64,000 nucleotides of DNA, from the NCBI GenBank assembly GCA_963843375.1, contig CAWJKT010000003.1:1-64000 (forward strand). The letters are read 5' to 3'. Shown here piece by piece: positions 42,006 to 53,940 of the stretch (its first letter is position 1; each line of letters starts with the position of its first letter). Position numbers and translations under genes: made by a program. A model generated the notes under the pieces. That model was not told where the DNA came from. It saw only the letters and a program-made list of their open reading frames with translations, and made no database searches. The stretch is from an uncultured Pseudomonadota bacterium. Lineage in GTDB: Bacteria > Oederibacteriota > Muellerivitia > Muellerivitales > Muellerivitaceae.

Positions 42006-43122
42006 ACCCGGTGTTGAATCCCAATTCGGGACGGACGAGTATGTTGTCAACATGGGTCCCCAACATCCTGCGACTCATGGTGTTTTGCGGCTGGTGGTGA
42101 AATTGGATGGCGAAACGGTCAAGGAGACTATGCCGGTTTTAGGCTATCTTCACCGCTCAATTGAAAAAATCAGCGAAAATCGCACCTATCCCCAATGCAT
42201 CACTTATACCGATCGGGTTGATTATGTTTCGGCCATGAGCGTAAATTTGGCATTTGCGCTGGCGACCGAGCGACTCATGGGTATCGAAGCCCCTCCGAGG
42301 GCCCAGTGGTTGCGAATGGTTTTTGTCGAATTGCAGCGCTTGGCCAGCCATCTTTTATGGATGGGAGCCTTTGCCGGGGATATCGGGGCCTTGACGCCTT
42401 TTCTTTATGGTCTTCGTGAAAGGGAACGGATTTTGGATCTGTTCGAAATGACCTGCGGCCAACGTCTGACTTATAACTACATCCGAATCGGCGGAGTCAT
42501 GATCGACATTCTGCCGGAGTTCACCGAAAAGTGCCGGGCTTTTCTGGATTATTTTGAACCCAAAATCAACGAATATGAAGGCCTCTTGACTTATAATCCA
42601 ATTTTCCTGGAGCGGACCAAAGGGGTCGGCGTCATTACACCGGAATTTGGGATTAATAGCGGCGTTTGCGGGCCTTCCCTTCGGGGCTCGGGTGTTTCTT
42701 GCGATGTTCGTAAACAGCAACCCTATCTTTATTATGACCAGGTAAAATTCACTGAATGCTTGGAGAACGACGGGGACTGCTGGGCGCGTTATATGGTTCG
42801 TATAAATGAAATGAGGGAAAGTGTTTCCATTATCCGGCAATCTCTTGATCGGTTGGAACCAGGGCCGATTGAAGCAAAGCTGCCGCCTATTTTAAAAGCT
42901 CCTCCAGCCAGCGAGATTTATTCCCGCATTGAGTCGTCCCGGGGCGAAATGGGAATATACCTGGTGGGGGATGGAACTCCGAAGCCTTATAAAGTGAAAT
43001 ATCGTTGCGCTTCCTTTAGCAATCTTTATGTTTTGGACCAGTTGACGCGGGGATGGAAAGTTGCGGATATCATGGCCGTTTTGGGAAGCTTCGACATGAT
43101 CGTGCCGGAAGTCGACCGTTAA
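41977..43122 (+). CDS. nuoD: Complex I subunit D
   Basis: [22 protein letters not shown], ends EVDR; no NiFe CxxC ligands. Confidence 0.95.
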   Translation: MTDLLLSQIKPGVESQFGTDEYVVNMGPQHPATHGVLRLVVKLDGETVKETMPVLGYLHRSIEKISENRTYPQCITYTDRVDYVSAMSVNLAFALATERLMGIEAPPRAQWLRMVFVELQRLASHLLWMGAFAGDIGALTPFLYGLRERERILDLFEMTCGQRLTYNYIRIGGVMIDILPEFTEKCRAFLDYFEPKINEYEGLLTYNPIFLERTKGVGVITPEFGINSGVCGPSLRGSGVSCDVRKQQPYLYYDQVKFTECLENDGDCWARYMVRINEMRESVSIIRQSLDRLEPGPIEAKLPPILKAPPASEIYSRIESSRGEMGIYLVGDGTPKPYKVKYRCASFSNLYVLDQLTRGWKVADIMAVLGSFDMIVPEVDR

Positions 43123-43146
43123 TATACGTTAAGGACCCATAGGAAT

Positions 43147-44216
43147 ATGTTTACCGGGGAAAACATCGTCAACTTCGTGGCCGGGCTTTTAACCCAGGCT
43201 TATTCCCTGGCGGGTCTAAAGGCCTATTCGGGGGTTTTGGACCGAATCGTTAGCGCGGTCGTCATGTTCGGTTTTGTTTCCGTTTTCGTCATGTTTCTGG
43301 TGTGGATGGAACGAAAAGTTTCAGCCCATATGCAAAGCCGCATTGGTCCCAACCGAGTCGGTCCTTTCGGGCTTCTTCAAACATTGGCGGACGCCATCAA
43401 GTTGACCACTAAAGAGGATGTCAAGCCCGTGAAACGGGACAAACTTCCTTATTTCATAGCCCCCATCCTGGCTTTTGTGGCGACTTTCATGGGAATGGTG
43501 GTCGTTCCTTTTGATAGAAAAGTGGTGGTCGCGGATTTGAACATTGGAGTTTTGTATATCATTGCTATTACCAGCTTTACGGTGATTGGCATTCTTTCGG
43601 CTGGTTGGAGTTCCAACAATAAATATTCCATGTTGGGTGGTTTCCGTTCGGCGGCACAAATCGTTAGTTATGAGGTCCCGCTGGTTTTGTCCTTGGTGCC
43701 CGTCATTATGATCACCGGAAAACTCAACTTTAGCGGTATCGTGGAATACCAACGGCTACATGGTTATTGGTTCGTATTTCCCCAGTTAGTGGCTTTTTTG
43801 ACCTTCATTGCTTCGGCTACAGCTGAGGCCAACCGCGCCCCTTTTGATATTCCGGAAGCTGAATCTGAATTAACCGGTGGATTTCACACCGAGTATTCGG
43901 GAGTGAAATTCGCCATGTTCTTTCTGGGAGAGTACATAGCTATCGTGGTTTCCTCAGCCGTGGCGGCAACGGTATTTTTGGGGGGATGGCTTCCTCCCCT
44001 CCATTTTTTGGGCTTCATTCCAGGGTTTATCTGGTTCATCCTTAAGGTGCTTTTTATCATTTATCATTATCATGGCATTTCGTTGGACCTTCCCTAGGCT
44101 TCGGGTGGATCAGTTAATGGATTTTGGCTGGAAGGTTTTGATTCCCAGTTACGATTGCGAATATCCTGGTGACCGGTTTTGTGGTTTTGCTTTTTTGGCA
44201 AAGGGGGTTTAAATGA
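43147..44216 (+). CDS. nuoH: Complex I subunit H (frameshifts at ~44065 and ~44145)
   Basis: ERKV.A.MQ.R.GPNRVG, NRAPFDIPEAESEL; RWTFPRLRVDQLM appears in the shifted frame. Confidence 0.9.
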
Positions 44217-44725
44217 GAACCTTATACGCGTACCTTAAAGCAATTGTCCTTGGACTTTGGAATTTGCTGATAGGCCTTTCGATCACTTCCAGCTATGTTT
44301 TCAAGAAAACAACAACCCAACAATATCCGGAAGAAAAACTTCCGCTTCCAGCCCGAAGCCGCAGCATGATCAAATTGATTTATGATGGGGAAAAGGATCA
44401 GTTCAATTGCGTGGCCTGCATGATGTGCGCCAAGGCTTGTCCGAACAACTGCATTAAGTTGGAGGGCGTGCGTGGAGCCGATGGAAAGCGCCGCATGACT
44501 ACCTTCAAATTGGATTTTTCAACCTGCATTTTTTGCGGCTATTGCGTGGAAGCCTGCGGGTTTGACGCCTTGACCTTTGTATCCGAGGAATATGAAAATT
44601 CAGTTTATAAGCGGGGAAGTTTATTGCAGGACGAGCATGCCATGAAATGGGCTAGGCCCGCTCATTTAGCCCCGGCTCCCGAGGAATCCGCCAAAGTCGA
44701 AGCGGTTGCCGGAGCAAAAGCATGA
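44213..44725 (+). CDS. nuoI: Complex I subunit I (2x[4Fe-4S])
   Basis: TQQYPEE, CVACMMCAKACP, CIFCGYCVEACG. Confidence 0.95.
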   Translation: MRTLYAYLKAIVLGLWNLLIGLSITSSYVFKKTTTQQYPEEKLPLPARSRSMIKLIYDGEKDQFNCVACMMCAKACPNNCIKLEGVRGADGKRRMTTFKLDFSTCIFCGYCVEACGFDALTFVSEEYENSVYKRGSLLQDEHAMKWARPAHLAPAPEESAKVEAVAGAKA

Positions 44726-45296
44726 TCCAAACGATTTTTTACGCCTTGGCGGGTGTGATTGTGGCTTCGGCCATTCTGGTTGTTTCGGTCCGAAATCTTT
44801 TCCACTGCGCCTTGGCCTTGGCCTTAACCATGTTCGGCATTTCAGGCATTTATCTTTATTTGGGTTGGGAGTTCCTGGCGGCTGTTCAGGTGTTGATCTA
44901 CGTTGGAGCAGTGACGGTCCTGATCATTTTCGGAATCATGTTGACCCGAAAAGTGATGGATGACAATGCGCGGGTAATGAACAATCAGGTTTTACTTTCG
45001 CTTTGTCGCCGCCGTCGCCGTGTTATTCATCTTGTCCGAGGTTATTAGTCGATCTTCCTTCCAGCAAAACGACCATCCCTCCGTGGCCATGGAGGCCGCA
45101 TCTTCAATAAGCGGAACAATGCCAAACGGAGTTCCCATGCCCTTGCCCGAGAGCTACCAAAATGACGTTCTTTCTTTGGGTGCTGCGCTTTTGAAGCCGC
45201 AAAACGGTTTTGCTTTTGCCTTTGAGTTTGTCTCAATACTTGCTCCTGTCCGCGTTAGTGGGTGCGGTTGTGATTGCCCGAAAGGATCCTGCGTGA
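44722..45296 (+). CDS. nuoJ: Complex I subunit J (frameshifts at ~45003 and ~45240)
   Basis: EFLAAVQVLIYVGAVTVLIIFGIML; FEFVSI followed by LLSALVGAVVIARKD in the shifted frame. Confidence 0.88.
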
Positions 45297-45608
45297 ACCA
45301 GATACCCGATTTCTCATTTCCTTTACCTTGCCGCCATTCTTTTCGGGATCGGTATTTTCGGCGTTTTGGCCCGAAAAAACGCGATTTCGGTCCTCATGGG
45401 AATCGAGCTTATGTTGAACGCGGTGAACATCAATTATTTGGCTTTCGCTAAATATTGGGGCCAAGGCAGTCTCAATGGCCCGGTTTTCGTGGTTTTCGTC
45501 ATTACCATCGCGGCGGCTGAGGCCGCTGTCGCTCTGGCCATCGTCATTTCAATTTACCGTCAGATGAAGAGCACCAATGTGGATGATGCCCATTATTTGC
45601 GTGGGTGA
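45293..45608 (+). CDS. nuoK: Complex I subunit K (frameshift near 45307)
   Basis: RKNAISVLMGIELMLNAVN, IAAAEAAVALA; upstream LF.IG.FGVL in frame. Confidence 0.9.
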
Positions 45609-45709
45609 AGAGTCTTTCCAACCGTTTTGAAATGCACCAGAAGCCTTCAGCCGTTTGTTTCTGAGCAGAGCCGTGACTAGTTGTATTTTATTAAAGGTAA
45701 GGGGAAGTA

Positions 45710-47605
45710 ATGATCCAGATATTCTTGGTTAATACCCGTGATGCCGGCATTGGCCTATGCCTTCATCATTTTTTTCACCCGCCGGTCCAAGATGCTTTCC
45801 GCCGCTATTTCCATCCTGACCATGGTCGCCTGTTTTTGCCTCTCGGTCGGCGTTTTTATTGAGATCGCCCAACGGGACCCCTCCCAACCCCTTCCCAACC
45901 TCACTTGGACTTGGTTGTCGTTACCACCCTGGGACGCCCATGTGGGCGTTCTCATCGACCATTGAGCGTAAATATGCTGCTGGTGGTAACCTTGATCTCC
46001 CTCTTGGTGCAAATATATTCCCTGGGTTATATGCACGATGATGAGAGGTTTTCGACCTATTATGCCTACCTCTCGCTTTTCACCGCATCCATGCTGGTAC
46101 TGGTGGTTTCCAATAATTACCTTCAAATTTTTGTCGGTTGGGAGTTGGTGGGCCTTTGTTCCTATTTCTTGATCGGTTTCTGGTATTTCAAACCTGAGGC
46201 GGCCAACGCCTGTAAAAAGGCTTTTGTCGTCAACCGCATCGGGGACATGGGCTTCCTGATGGGGGTCATTACCATCGGGATGATGTTCCAAACTTTTGAT
46301 TTTGCCAAAGTACAGGAACTTCTGACTCAGGAACTGGCGAAGGGTACCTTCCAAGGAAATCATTACATTGCCGGAATCGCCATCCTTCTTTTCTGCGGGG
46401 CGGTGGGGAAGAGCGCTCAGTTTCCCCTTCATGTCTGGCTTCCCGATGCCATGGAAGGCCCCACACCGGTATCCGCCCTGATCCATGCGGCTACCATGGT
46501 GGCTGCCGGGGTTTACATGGTGGCCCGTACTTACAGTATTTTCTCAGCGGACCCCTGGTCAATGACGGTTGTGGCCTGGGTAGGCGGGTTTACGGCCTTG
46601 TTCGCCGCCTCCATTGCTTTGGCCCAGGACGATATCAAACGCATCCTGGCCTATTCGACCTTGTCCCAATTGGGTTACATGATTATGTCCTTAGGTGCTG
46701 GGGGGTACACTTCCGGCATGTTCCATCTAACCACCCATGCCTGTTTCAAAGCTCTTTTATTCCTAGGCGCCGGGAGCGTTATCCACGGGGTGCATAACCA
46801 GGATATTTGGAAGATGGGCGGTCTTTGGAATAAGATGAAAATCACCGCGGCGACTTTCCTCATCGCCAATTTGGCTATTTCGGGAATTCCCCCCTTCGCG
46901 GGCTTCTTCTCCAAGGATGCGATATTGGACGCGGTCCATGAGAGCACCGTTCCGGGCCACGAGATTCTTTATTACGCCTCCGTCTTCACGGCTTTCCTCA
47001 CGGCCTTTTATATGTTCCGACTTTTCTTCGTGGTTTTTCTGGGGGAGCCGCGTGACCACCATGCCTATGACCACGCCCATGAGTCCCCCCTCACTATGAC
47101 AGGTCCCCTCATGGTCTTGGCTTTCCTTTCCATCTGCGTCGGTTGGTTGAACTGGCCGGGATTGGATTATTATTCCAAGTTTGTTTTTTTTGGACCCGGT
47201 AGCCCCGAGGGGGCATCTAGTTTCATCCAATTATTGACCCAGTCCTGGCTTTCTCTTTTAGTCGCCCTAATAGGAATCGGTTTATCCGCCGCCTTTTACT
47301 ACTTCAAGATTTTCTCGGCCGAAAATGTCGCCCAACAATTCCGGCCCATCTATCTGCTTTTGAAGAATAAGTATTACTTCGATGAGATGTATGGCTGGTT
47401 TGTGGACAAGGTTGTTTTTGGGATAGCTTCCATTTTCCACTGGTTCGATGAAGTGGTTGTCGACGATGGGATGGTGGATGGGACAGGTTGGATCAATCGG
47501 AAAATGGGAAGTCTTTTCAGCCTGACCCAGACCGGTTATGTCCAAAATTACGCCTTGGTTATTTTTGGCGCGGTGGCAATGATTTATCTGCTGGTTAGTT
47601 TCTAA
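45710..47605 (+). CDS. nuoL: Complex I subunit L (frameshifts at ~45719 and ~45961)
   Basis: YSLGYM, WELVGLCSY.LIGFW, KAF.VNRIGD, GKSAQFPLHVWLPDAMEGPTPVSALIHAATMV, QTG.VQNY. Confidence 0.92.
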
Positions 47606-47625
47606 ATATCCGGAGGAAATAAAGA

Positions 47626-49206
47626 ATGCTTCCCGTACTTGCCACCATTTTGGTCCCTTTCGCGGCCATCTTTGCCCTCTTTTCCCAGGCTTCAGCTCAT
47701 GGCCCCAATATTTTGCCTCTTTTAACCTCTTTCATCCTTATTCCCATTCTTTCGGCTTTTGCCATCATGGCTGCGCCGGAAAAATATACACGTTGGATTA
47801 GTCTTTTTATGGCTTCTATGGAATTGGGGGTCGCTTTCAAAGTTTTCGCCCTTTACCAAACCAGTGCAGGGGGATTCCAATTGGTGGAAGAGGTTCCTTG
47901 GCTCGGCAATTTCGGGATCAAGTATCTCTTGGGTGTCGACGGAATGAGCACCTTGATGGTGTTTTTGGTTGGCTGCGTTTATTTTGCAGGGACGCTTATC
48001 TCGTGGAACATCAGCCTGCGTAAAAAAGAATATTTCGTTCTTTTTTCCCTTCTCGTCGGGGGTGTGGCCGGCGCCTACGAAAGCCTCGACCTGTTCTTTT
48101 TCTTTCTCTTTTATGAATTCGCTGTTTTGCCGATGTACCTCTTGGTGGGTATTTGGGGATCGGGTCGCAAGGAATACGCCGCCATGAAACTGACCCTCAT
48201 GCTCTTGGCCGGTTCCGCCTTCATGTTGGTGGGTTTTATCGCCATGTATTTCACGTCCAGCATTCATACTTTCGATATTCGCGTATTAGGCGACTTGTCG
48301 AAAACCGGCTATAGCTCCGATTTCCAAAACATTTGGTTCCCCCTTCTTTTTCTGGGTTTTGGAGTCATCTCGGCCGTTTTTCCTTTCCATACTTGGTCTC
48401 CCGATGGATATGGTTCCGCTCCTACTGCCGCTTCCATGCTTCACGCGGGCGTATTAAAGAGCTTAGGGGGATACAGCATTATTCGGGTCGCTTTGCCGGC
48501 CTTACCATTGGGAGCAAAACACTGGCTTCCGATTCTAGTGCTTTTAACCGTCGTGAACATTCTTTACGCCGCATTGGTTGCCTTAAAACAAAAAGATTTC
48601 AAGTATGTCATTGCCTATTCCTCCGTTTCCCATTGTGGCGCAATCCTGTTCGGTATCTGCACTCTCCAAGTTGCCGGTTTAAATGGAGCTGTCATCCAGA
48701 CTCTTTCCCACGGAATAGTGGCGGCCATGACTTTCGCCCTGGTGGGTACGGTTTATGGAAAAGCCCACACAAGGGAACTGTCCAAACTCGGCGGGTTGGG
48801 GGCTTGTATGCCGGTTTTGGGAGGGCTTTTCGTTGCGGCGGCTATGGCAAATGTGGGCCTTCCGGGCTTAAGCGGTTTCGTGGGTGAATTCCTGATTTTC
48901 CTCGGGTCCTATCGCAGCGGTTATCACGGGGGCTTCACTATTTTCCAAGTCCTCTTCCCAGTTGCTGTCCTGGCCATCGTCTTGACGGCCGTTTATTACC
49001 TCCGGCTTGTGCAGATGGTTTTTTACGGGCCAGTTAAAGACCCTCATTTCAAGGAAGAGGTGCATGACGGGACTTTCATCGAAATCCTGCCGATAGCTTT
49101 TCTTTTGGCCGTTTCTCTTGCCGTGGGTTTATATCCGAAACCCTTTGTCGATATGTCTAATGCGACTATCGCGCCTTTGATCGACTATATCGGAGGATTC
49201 AAGTGA
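47626..49206 (+). CDS. nuoM: Complex I subunit M
   Basis: LGVDGMS, FFLFYE...LPMYLLVGIWG, FPFHTW.PD, GLPGLSGFVGE. Confidence 0.92.
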   Translation: MLPVLATILVPFAAIFALFSQASAHGPNILPLLTSFILIPILSAFAIMAAPEKYTRWISLFMASMELGVAFKVFALYQTSAGGFQLVEEVPWLGNFGIKYLLGVDGMSTLMVFLVGCVYFAGTLISWNISLRKKEYFVLFSLLVGGVAGAYESLDLFFFFLFYEFAVLPMYLLVGIWGSGRKEYAAMKLTLMLLAGSAFMLVGFIAMYFTSSIHTFDIRVLGDLSKTGYSSDFQNIWFPLLFLGFGVISAVFPFHTWSPDGYGSAPTAASMLHAGVLKSLGGYSIIRVALPALPLGAKHWLPILVLLTVVNILYAALVALKQKDFKYVIAYSSVSHCGAILFGICTLQVAGLNGAVIQTLSHGIVAAMTFALVGTVYGKAHTRELSKLGGLGACMPVLGGLFVAAAMANVGLPGLSGFVGEFLIFLGSYRSGYHGGFTIFQVLFPVAVLAIVLTAVYYLRLVQMVFYGPVKDPHFKEEVHDGTFIEILPIAFLLAVSLAVGLYPKPFVDMSNATIAPLIDYIGGFK

Positions 49207-50697
49207 TCCAAGTTTCTTCTTTCCTGCCCGAACTTTGGCTGGTAAGCACGGCCATTTTGATCCTGCTCGTGGAATTGTTTTCGGAAAGTGACTCGACCCG
49301 CCGGATCCTGAATTGGATAGCCGTTTTGGGAGTGTTGGGAGCCCTTATTACTCTTCCTTGCGTGGGGGGACTTTGTTGTTCTGCGGCTTGCAATATGGGA
49401 AACCTTCCTACGGAAGCTTTTGCCGGTTTCCTTAAAACGGACGGACTGGCCGCCTATTTCAAGATGATCGTGCTATTGGGCACTCTTTTGACCCTCTTTA
49501 TCACCTTCCGTTATTTCAAAAGCCGGCCCACGCATTACCCAGCGGAATTCCTAGCGGTTCTTTTGTTTTCCGCCGCCGGAGCCTCGGCCTTGGCTTCGGC
49601 CCAGGAGATTATTACCCTTTATGTCTCGCTGGAAACCCTAACAATCAGTAGTTATTTACTGGCTTCTTTCATGAAGAAAGACAAAGGAAGCAATGAAGCG
49701 GGAATGAAATACTTATTACTGGGAGCCTTTTCCTCTGCCATTCTCTTGCTCGGTTTCTCCTATATTTACGGCCTGACCGGAACGACTATCATCACGCAGA
49801 TCGGAAAAAGTCTGGCAGCCCAACCCTTTTCACCCATGCTGGCTATGGCAATCATCCTGGTGACAGGAGGTTTGGCCTTCAAAATATCCCTAGCTCCTTT
49901 TCATATGTGGACACCTGACGTTTACGAGGGCGCCCCGACTCCAGTAACGGCTTTTCTTTCCGTTGTTTCTAAAACCGCGGGATTCGCGGCTTTCGTCAGA
50001 ATCTTTTGGGTCGGCCTTTCGGATTACTCCGCTTCACCGGTTTGGGCGGGACTTTTCGCTGTACTAGCGGTCATGAGCATCATTCTTGGTAATTTAGAGG
50101 CCATACCACAAAAAAATATCAAGCGCATGATGGCCTATTCTTCTATCGCCCAAGCCGGATATATTTCAACGGGGTTTTTGGCGGGCGGCCAGTTGGGCTT
50201 AACCGCGGTCCTTTTTTATCTCTTCGTCTACCTCTTCGCCAACTTGGGGGCCTTTCTAGCGATCGTAATTGTTTCCGGTAAAACCGGAAGCGACCAAATC
50301 GAGGATTATCGCGGGTGTGTGGAAAAGATCCCCCCTTATCGGGGTAGTTTTATTGGTTTGCCTTCTTTCCTTGGCGGGGGTCCCGCCCTTCGCGGGTTTT
50401 TCCGGAAAGTGGTATTTGTTCGGAGCCGCCGTCCACATGGGATATACCTGGCTGGCATTGGTGGGCATGGTTTTCAGCGTAGTGTCGCTTTACTATTACC
50501 TTCAGGTAGTTCGGCAAGCCCTCATGGTGGATGCCAAGGATCCATCGCCCATTGAAATGAACCTCATTGAAAAGATCATTTTGGTGGTCTGTATCGTATC
50601 CACCGTCACCTTCGGTTTCTGGCCTACGCCCATCATGGATATCGCCCAAGCGGCCCTTCCGCTCTTTTTTAACAGGTCTAAAAATTTTTTAAGATAG
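49203..50697 (+). CDS. nuoN: Complex I subunit N (frameshift at ~50315)
   Basis: EAGMKY.LLG, FKISLAPFHMWTPDVYEGAPTP, KRMMAYSSIA; SLAGVPP.AGF.GK in the shifted frame. Confidence 0.92.
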
Positions 50698-50715
50698 TTA
50701 ATTATCCCCCGGTTT

Positions 50716-50746
50716 AAACCTCCGGCTTCCAGCCGGGGGTTTTTTT
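50716..50746 (+). terminator. Intrinsic terminator of the nuo operon
   Basis: AAACCTCCGGCT-TCC-AGCCGGGGGTTT followed by a T run. Confidence 0.8.
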
Positions 50747-50863
50747 GTTTAAGGGCTTTCGTGAAGTGATCTTTTGAAGCGTAGAGGAGAAAGTTGTTTC
50801 GACGTTTAAAAACCGCTAGAGTGGTTCGGTTTAAGGATGGGGTCATTCACCAGGGGGAAGGTC

Positions 50864-51684
50864 ATGATGACCAATGGATTATTAGGGGCGGTGTTCATTC
50901 ATATACGCTTTCAGCTGTATTTATGCCTTTCGGTATTACCGGGGACTGGATGAAGGTTCGGACCGTTTGGCAGTACGCTGGCTTTTTGCCGGATTCTTTT
51001 TTCAGGGACTCCTACTTGCGCTCCAATGGATGACGGACGGTTATGCGCCTTTTGTCACCCTTGAGGGTATTTTGACCGCTTTCTCCTTTTCGCTGGCCGC
51101 GGCCCTGCTCCTAGGTCGCCTCAAAACACCGGTGCCGGTTCTTACGTCACTCTTCCTGCCGTTCATCCTATTGGTGGCACTTCTGGCTTTTTGGCTTGGC
51201 TTTAAGCCCGCCGCCTTGATGGACAGTCGGTTTAATGACCCCGGGAATGGCCAGCCATATTTTTTTGACTTTCCTTGGTTTTTCTCATTTCACCCTGGGG
51301 TTCGGCGTCGGGGTGGCCTTTTGGGTCCAGGAAGGCCAATTGAAGCAGCACCAAGTCAAAAGCTGGAGTTACCGCCTCCCGGCGCTTGAGGCTTTAGACC
51401 GATTGACCGTTTATTACATCGGGTTGGGTTTTCTGTTCTGGTTCCTCGGATTGTGGCTGGGGGCCGTTCAGGCTATTCAGGTTTGGAACCGACTGCCACT
51501 GGCCGATCCTAAAATTCTGGGTTCCTTTCTGGTATTGGTCATTTACGCCTCTTTCTTCCTCCTGCGTTGGGGTTTCCGAATGCGGGGAAGGAAAACTATG
51601 GTGCTCGTGATGGCGGGTTATCTCCTGGCGCTTTTCACCTTTGTGGGCGTTCGCGTTTTTTTAACTACCCAGCACGTACTTTAG
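50864..51684 (+). CDS. CcsA/HemX-like membrane protein (several frameshifts)
   Basis: Fragments with APFVTLEG, HIFLTFLG, LK......RLPALEALDRL, ADPKIL, RGRK and a terminal His; lies directly upstream of hemA; start uncertain. Confidence 0.7.
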
Positions 51685-51696
51685 GAATAAGCCATT

Positions 51697-52971
51697 ATGA
51701 AGTTCATCGCCTACGGATTGAACCACACCACTGCTCCCCTCGCGGTCAGGGAAAAATACGCCCTTCCGCCGGAAAAAGTCATGGAAGTCCTTCGGGCCTT
51801 GAAAACCCATTCCCCTGAAACGGTTTTTCTTTCCACTTGTAACCGGGTCGAATTTTATCTATCGCCGGAAAACAACGAAAATTGTCTGGGTGAAATCCGT
51901 GAAGTTCTTGGAAAATTCCATAGATTGAAGCCCCTGGAAGTTAAAAAATATTTTTACCTTCTTGAGGGTCCCGAAGCCTTCTTGCACCTTTTCCGAGTGG
52001 CCTCTTCTCTGGATTCGATGGTAGTGGGGGAGGCCCAAATATTGGGCCAAGTGAAAGAAGCTTTTCAAAAATCCAGGCAGGCGGGTTTGACGGGCGCGGC
52101 CTTCCACGGCATTTTTGACCGGGCTTTCGCTGCGGCTAAAAGGGTACGGTCCCAGACCGAAATCGCCCGGATGCCGGTAAATGTCTCAAGCGTTGCGGTC
52201 GACTTGGCCCGAAAAATCTTCACGAACCTTTCGGAGCACTCGGCCCTGTTATTGGGCGCGGGTGAAATGGGTGAATTGACCGCCAAATATCTTGTGGACG
52301 CTGGCGTGAAGGGTTTTTTCATCGCCAACCGGACGATTGAAAAAGCCAAGCAATTGGCGGAGAAGCTCGACGGAAAGGCCCTGGCGTTGTCCGAGAGCCT
52401 GAAAAAGATCGAGCAGGTTGATATTATCCTGGCTTCACTGGGGGACAGCGCTTCCTGGTTGAAGAAGATGGACGTCGAACAGGCGATGAGGAACCGAAAA
52501 GGCCGCCCCCTTTTCATCATCGATATTGGAGTGCCCCGAAACGTGGAGCCTGAAACGGGGAAGATTGAATCCGTTTTTCTCTATAACATCGACGACCTCT
52601 CCTCCATCGCCGATGGAAACCGGGGCCAACGGCAAAAGGCCGTTGAGGCCGCCGAATCGATTCTTCGAGAGGAAGTAGACCGTCTTTGCGATTGGCTTAC
52701 CGGGCTGGAATTGGTGCCGACGATTGTCAGGCTAAGGGAGCATTTTGAAGAAATCCGCCAATCCGAACTATCAGAATTCCTGAACAAGAATGGAAATCTT
52801 TCCGAAAAGGAAAGAAAGGCACTCGAACGCCTGACCCACGACCTAGTCGGAAGGCTTCTTCATGACCCATCTGTCAACTTGAGGGGAATTGCCAACGAAA
52901 CGGACCGGTTCGAGTATGCCCGAATGTTGAACGACATTTTCTTGAAAAAAAACCGGCAAAATCCCGGATAA
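51697..52971 (+). CDS. hemA: Glutamyl-tRNA reductase
   Basis: GLNHTTAPL.VRE, STCNRVE, HLFRVASSLDSMVVGE.QILGQ, GAGEM, DIGVPRN. Confidence 0.97.
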   Translation: MKFIAYGLNHTTAPLAVREKYALPPEKVMEVLRALKTHSPETVFLSTCNRVEFYLSPENNENCLGEIREVLGKFHRLKPLEVKKYFYLLEGPEAFLHLFRVASSLDSMVVGEAQILGQVKEAFQKSRQAGLTGAAFHGIFDRAFAAAKRVRSQTEIARMPVNVSSVAVDLARKIFTNLSEHSALLLGAGEMGELTAKYLVDAGVKGFFIANRTIEKAKQLAEKLDGKALALSESLKKIEQVDIILASLGDSASWLKKMDVEQAMRNRKGRPLFIIDIGVPRNVEPETGKIESVFLYNIDDLSSIADGNRGQRQKAVEAAESILREEVDRLCDWLTGLELVPTIVRLREHFEEIRQSELSEFLNKNGNLSEKERKALERLTHDLVGRLLHDPSVNLRGIANETDRFEYARMLNDIFLKKNRQNPG

Positions 52972-52983
52972 GATGGACTTTAC

Positions 52984-53916
52984 ATGATACTCATAGGTAC
53001 CCGAGGCAGCCAACTGGCCTTAACCCAGGCGGAAGGGGTTCGTTCCAAGATTGCGCTTTTGTTCCCGGGCCAGGAGGTTCGGCTGGAAGTGGTGAAGACC
53101 CTGGGCGACCGTTTGTCCGCCCAAGAGGCGGTTGGAGATTCGAATGAACCGCCTCTAGGACTTTTCACCAAAGAACTGGATGCGGCCTTGCTTTCGGGCG
53201 GCATCCGGGCTGCTATACATAGCCTGAAGGATGTGCCGACGGTTCTTCCCGCCGGCATTGGTTATGGTGCCTTTGTCAAAAGGGAAGATCCCAGGGACGT
53301 TTTAATCTCCAAATCGGGTTCCAAGTTCTTTGAATTACCCGCCGGATCCCTCGTGGGCACCGGATCCCCCCGTCGAGAAGCCCAAATACGGGCGGTGCGT
53401 TCGGACCTTAAGGTGGCGCCTTTGCGGGGGAATGTCGATACGCGTTTGAGAAAGCTAAAGGAAGGGGAATGCGACGCCATTGTCATCGCAGCGGCGGGTC
53501 TAAAACGCTTGGGACGAGGGAATGAAGCTACCGAGTTCCTTGACCCCGAAATCATCCTACCCGCTCCGGCCCAGGGCGTGCTTTGCGTGACCTTGCGTGT
53601 GGAAGACCAAGAATTGAAAAAGACGCTTTCGCTTTTGGATGATGGGCCCACCAGGATTTGCGCGGAGGCGGAAAGATCATTTTTGAGGACTTTGCAGGGC
53701 GGCTGCCGCATCCCTGTAGGGGCGTTGGCCACCTTGGAGGGGGATACCCTTCATCTTTCAGGCGTCATCGCCCATCCGAATGGCGAACAGATCATGCGTC
53801 ACAGCCGAAAGGGTTCAGCCAACCATCCTGGGAAACTGGGGGATGAGTTGGCCCGCTATTTTTTAAACCATGGGGCCCAGGAAATCTTAAATGGTTTTGG
53901 CCGAACGACTTGGTGA
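52984..53916 (+). CDS. hemC: Hydroxymethylbilane synthase
   Basis: GTRGSQLAL.Q, GLFTKELD, HSLKDVP, RGNVDTRL.KL, GGC..P. Confidence 0.97.
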   Translation: MILIGTRGSQLALTQAEGVRSKIALLFPGQEVRLEVVKTLGDRLSAQEAVGDSNEPPLGLFTKELDAALLSGGIRAAIHSLKDVPTVLPAGIGYGAFVKREDPRDVLISKSGSKFFELPAGSLVGTGSPRREAQIRAVRSDLKVAPLRGNVDTRLRKLKEGECDAIVIAAAGLKRLGRGNEATEFLDPEIILPAPAQGVLCVTLRVEDQELKKTLSLLDDGPTRICAEAERSFLRTLQGGCRIPVGALATLEGDTLHLSGVIAHPNGEQIMRHSRKGSANHPGKLGDELARYFLNHGAQEILNGFGRTTW

Positions 53917-53940
53917 AATTTTGTTTGCTTTAGGGAGTTT

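Noticed and set aside
41977..43122. Group 4 NiFe hydrogenase large subunit
   Set aside because: No CxxC metal ligands; has the quinone-site HGVLR, Tyr and terminal DR of NuoD
45955..45970. In-frame TGA in nuoL (and at 58195) as stop-codon reassignment or selenocysteine
   Set aside because: Homology continues in a different frame, so these are indels; TGA ends many intact genes normally
50706..50746. Alternative pairing of CCCCCGGTT with the terminator 3' arm as an attenuator switch
   Set aside because: Both pairings end at the same U tract and would terminate; no evidence of regulation
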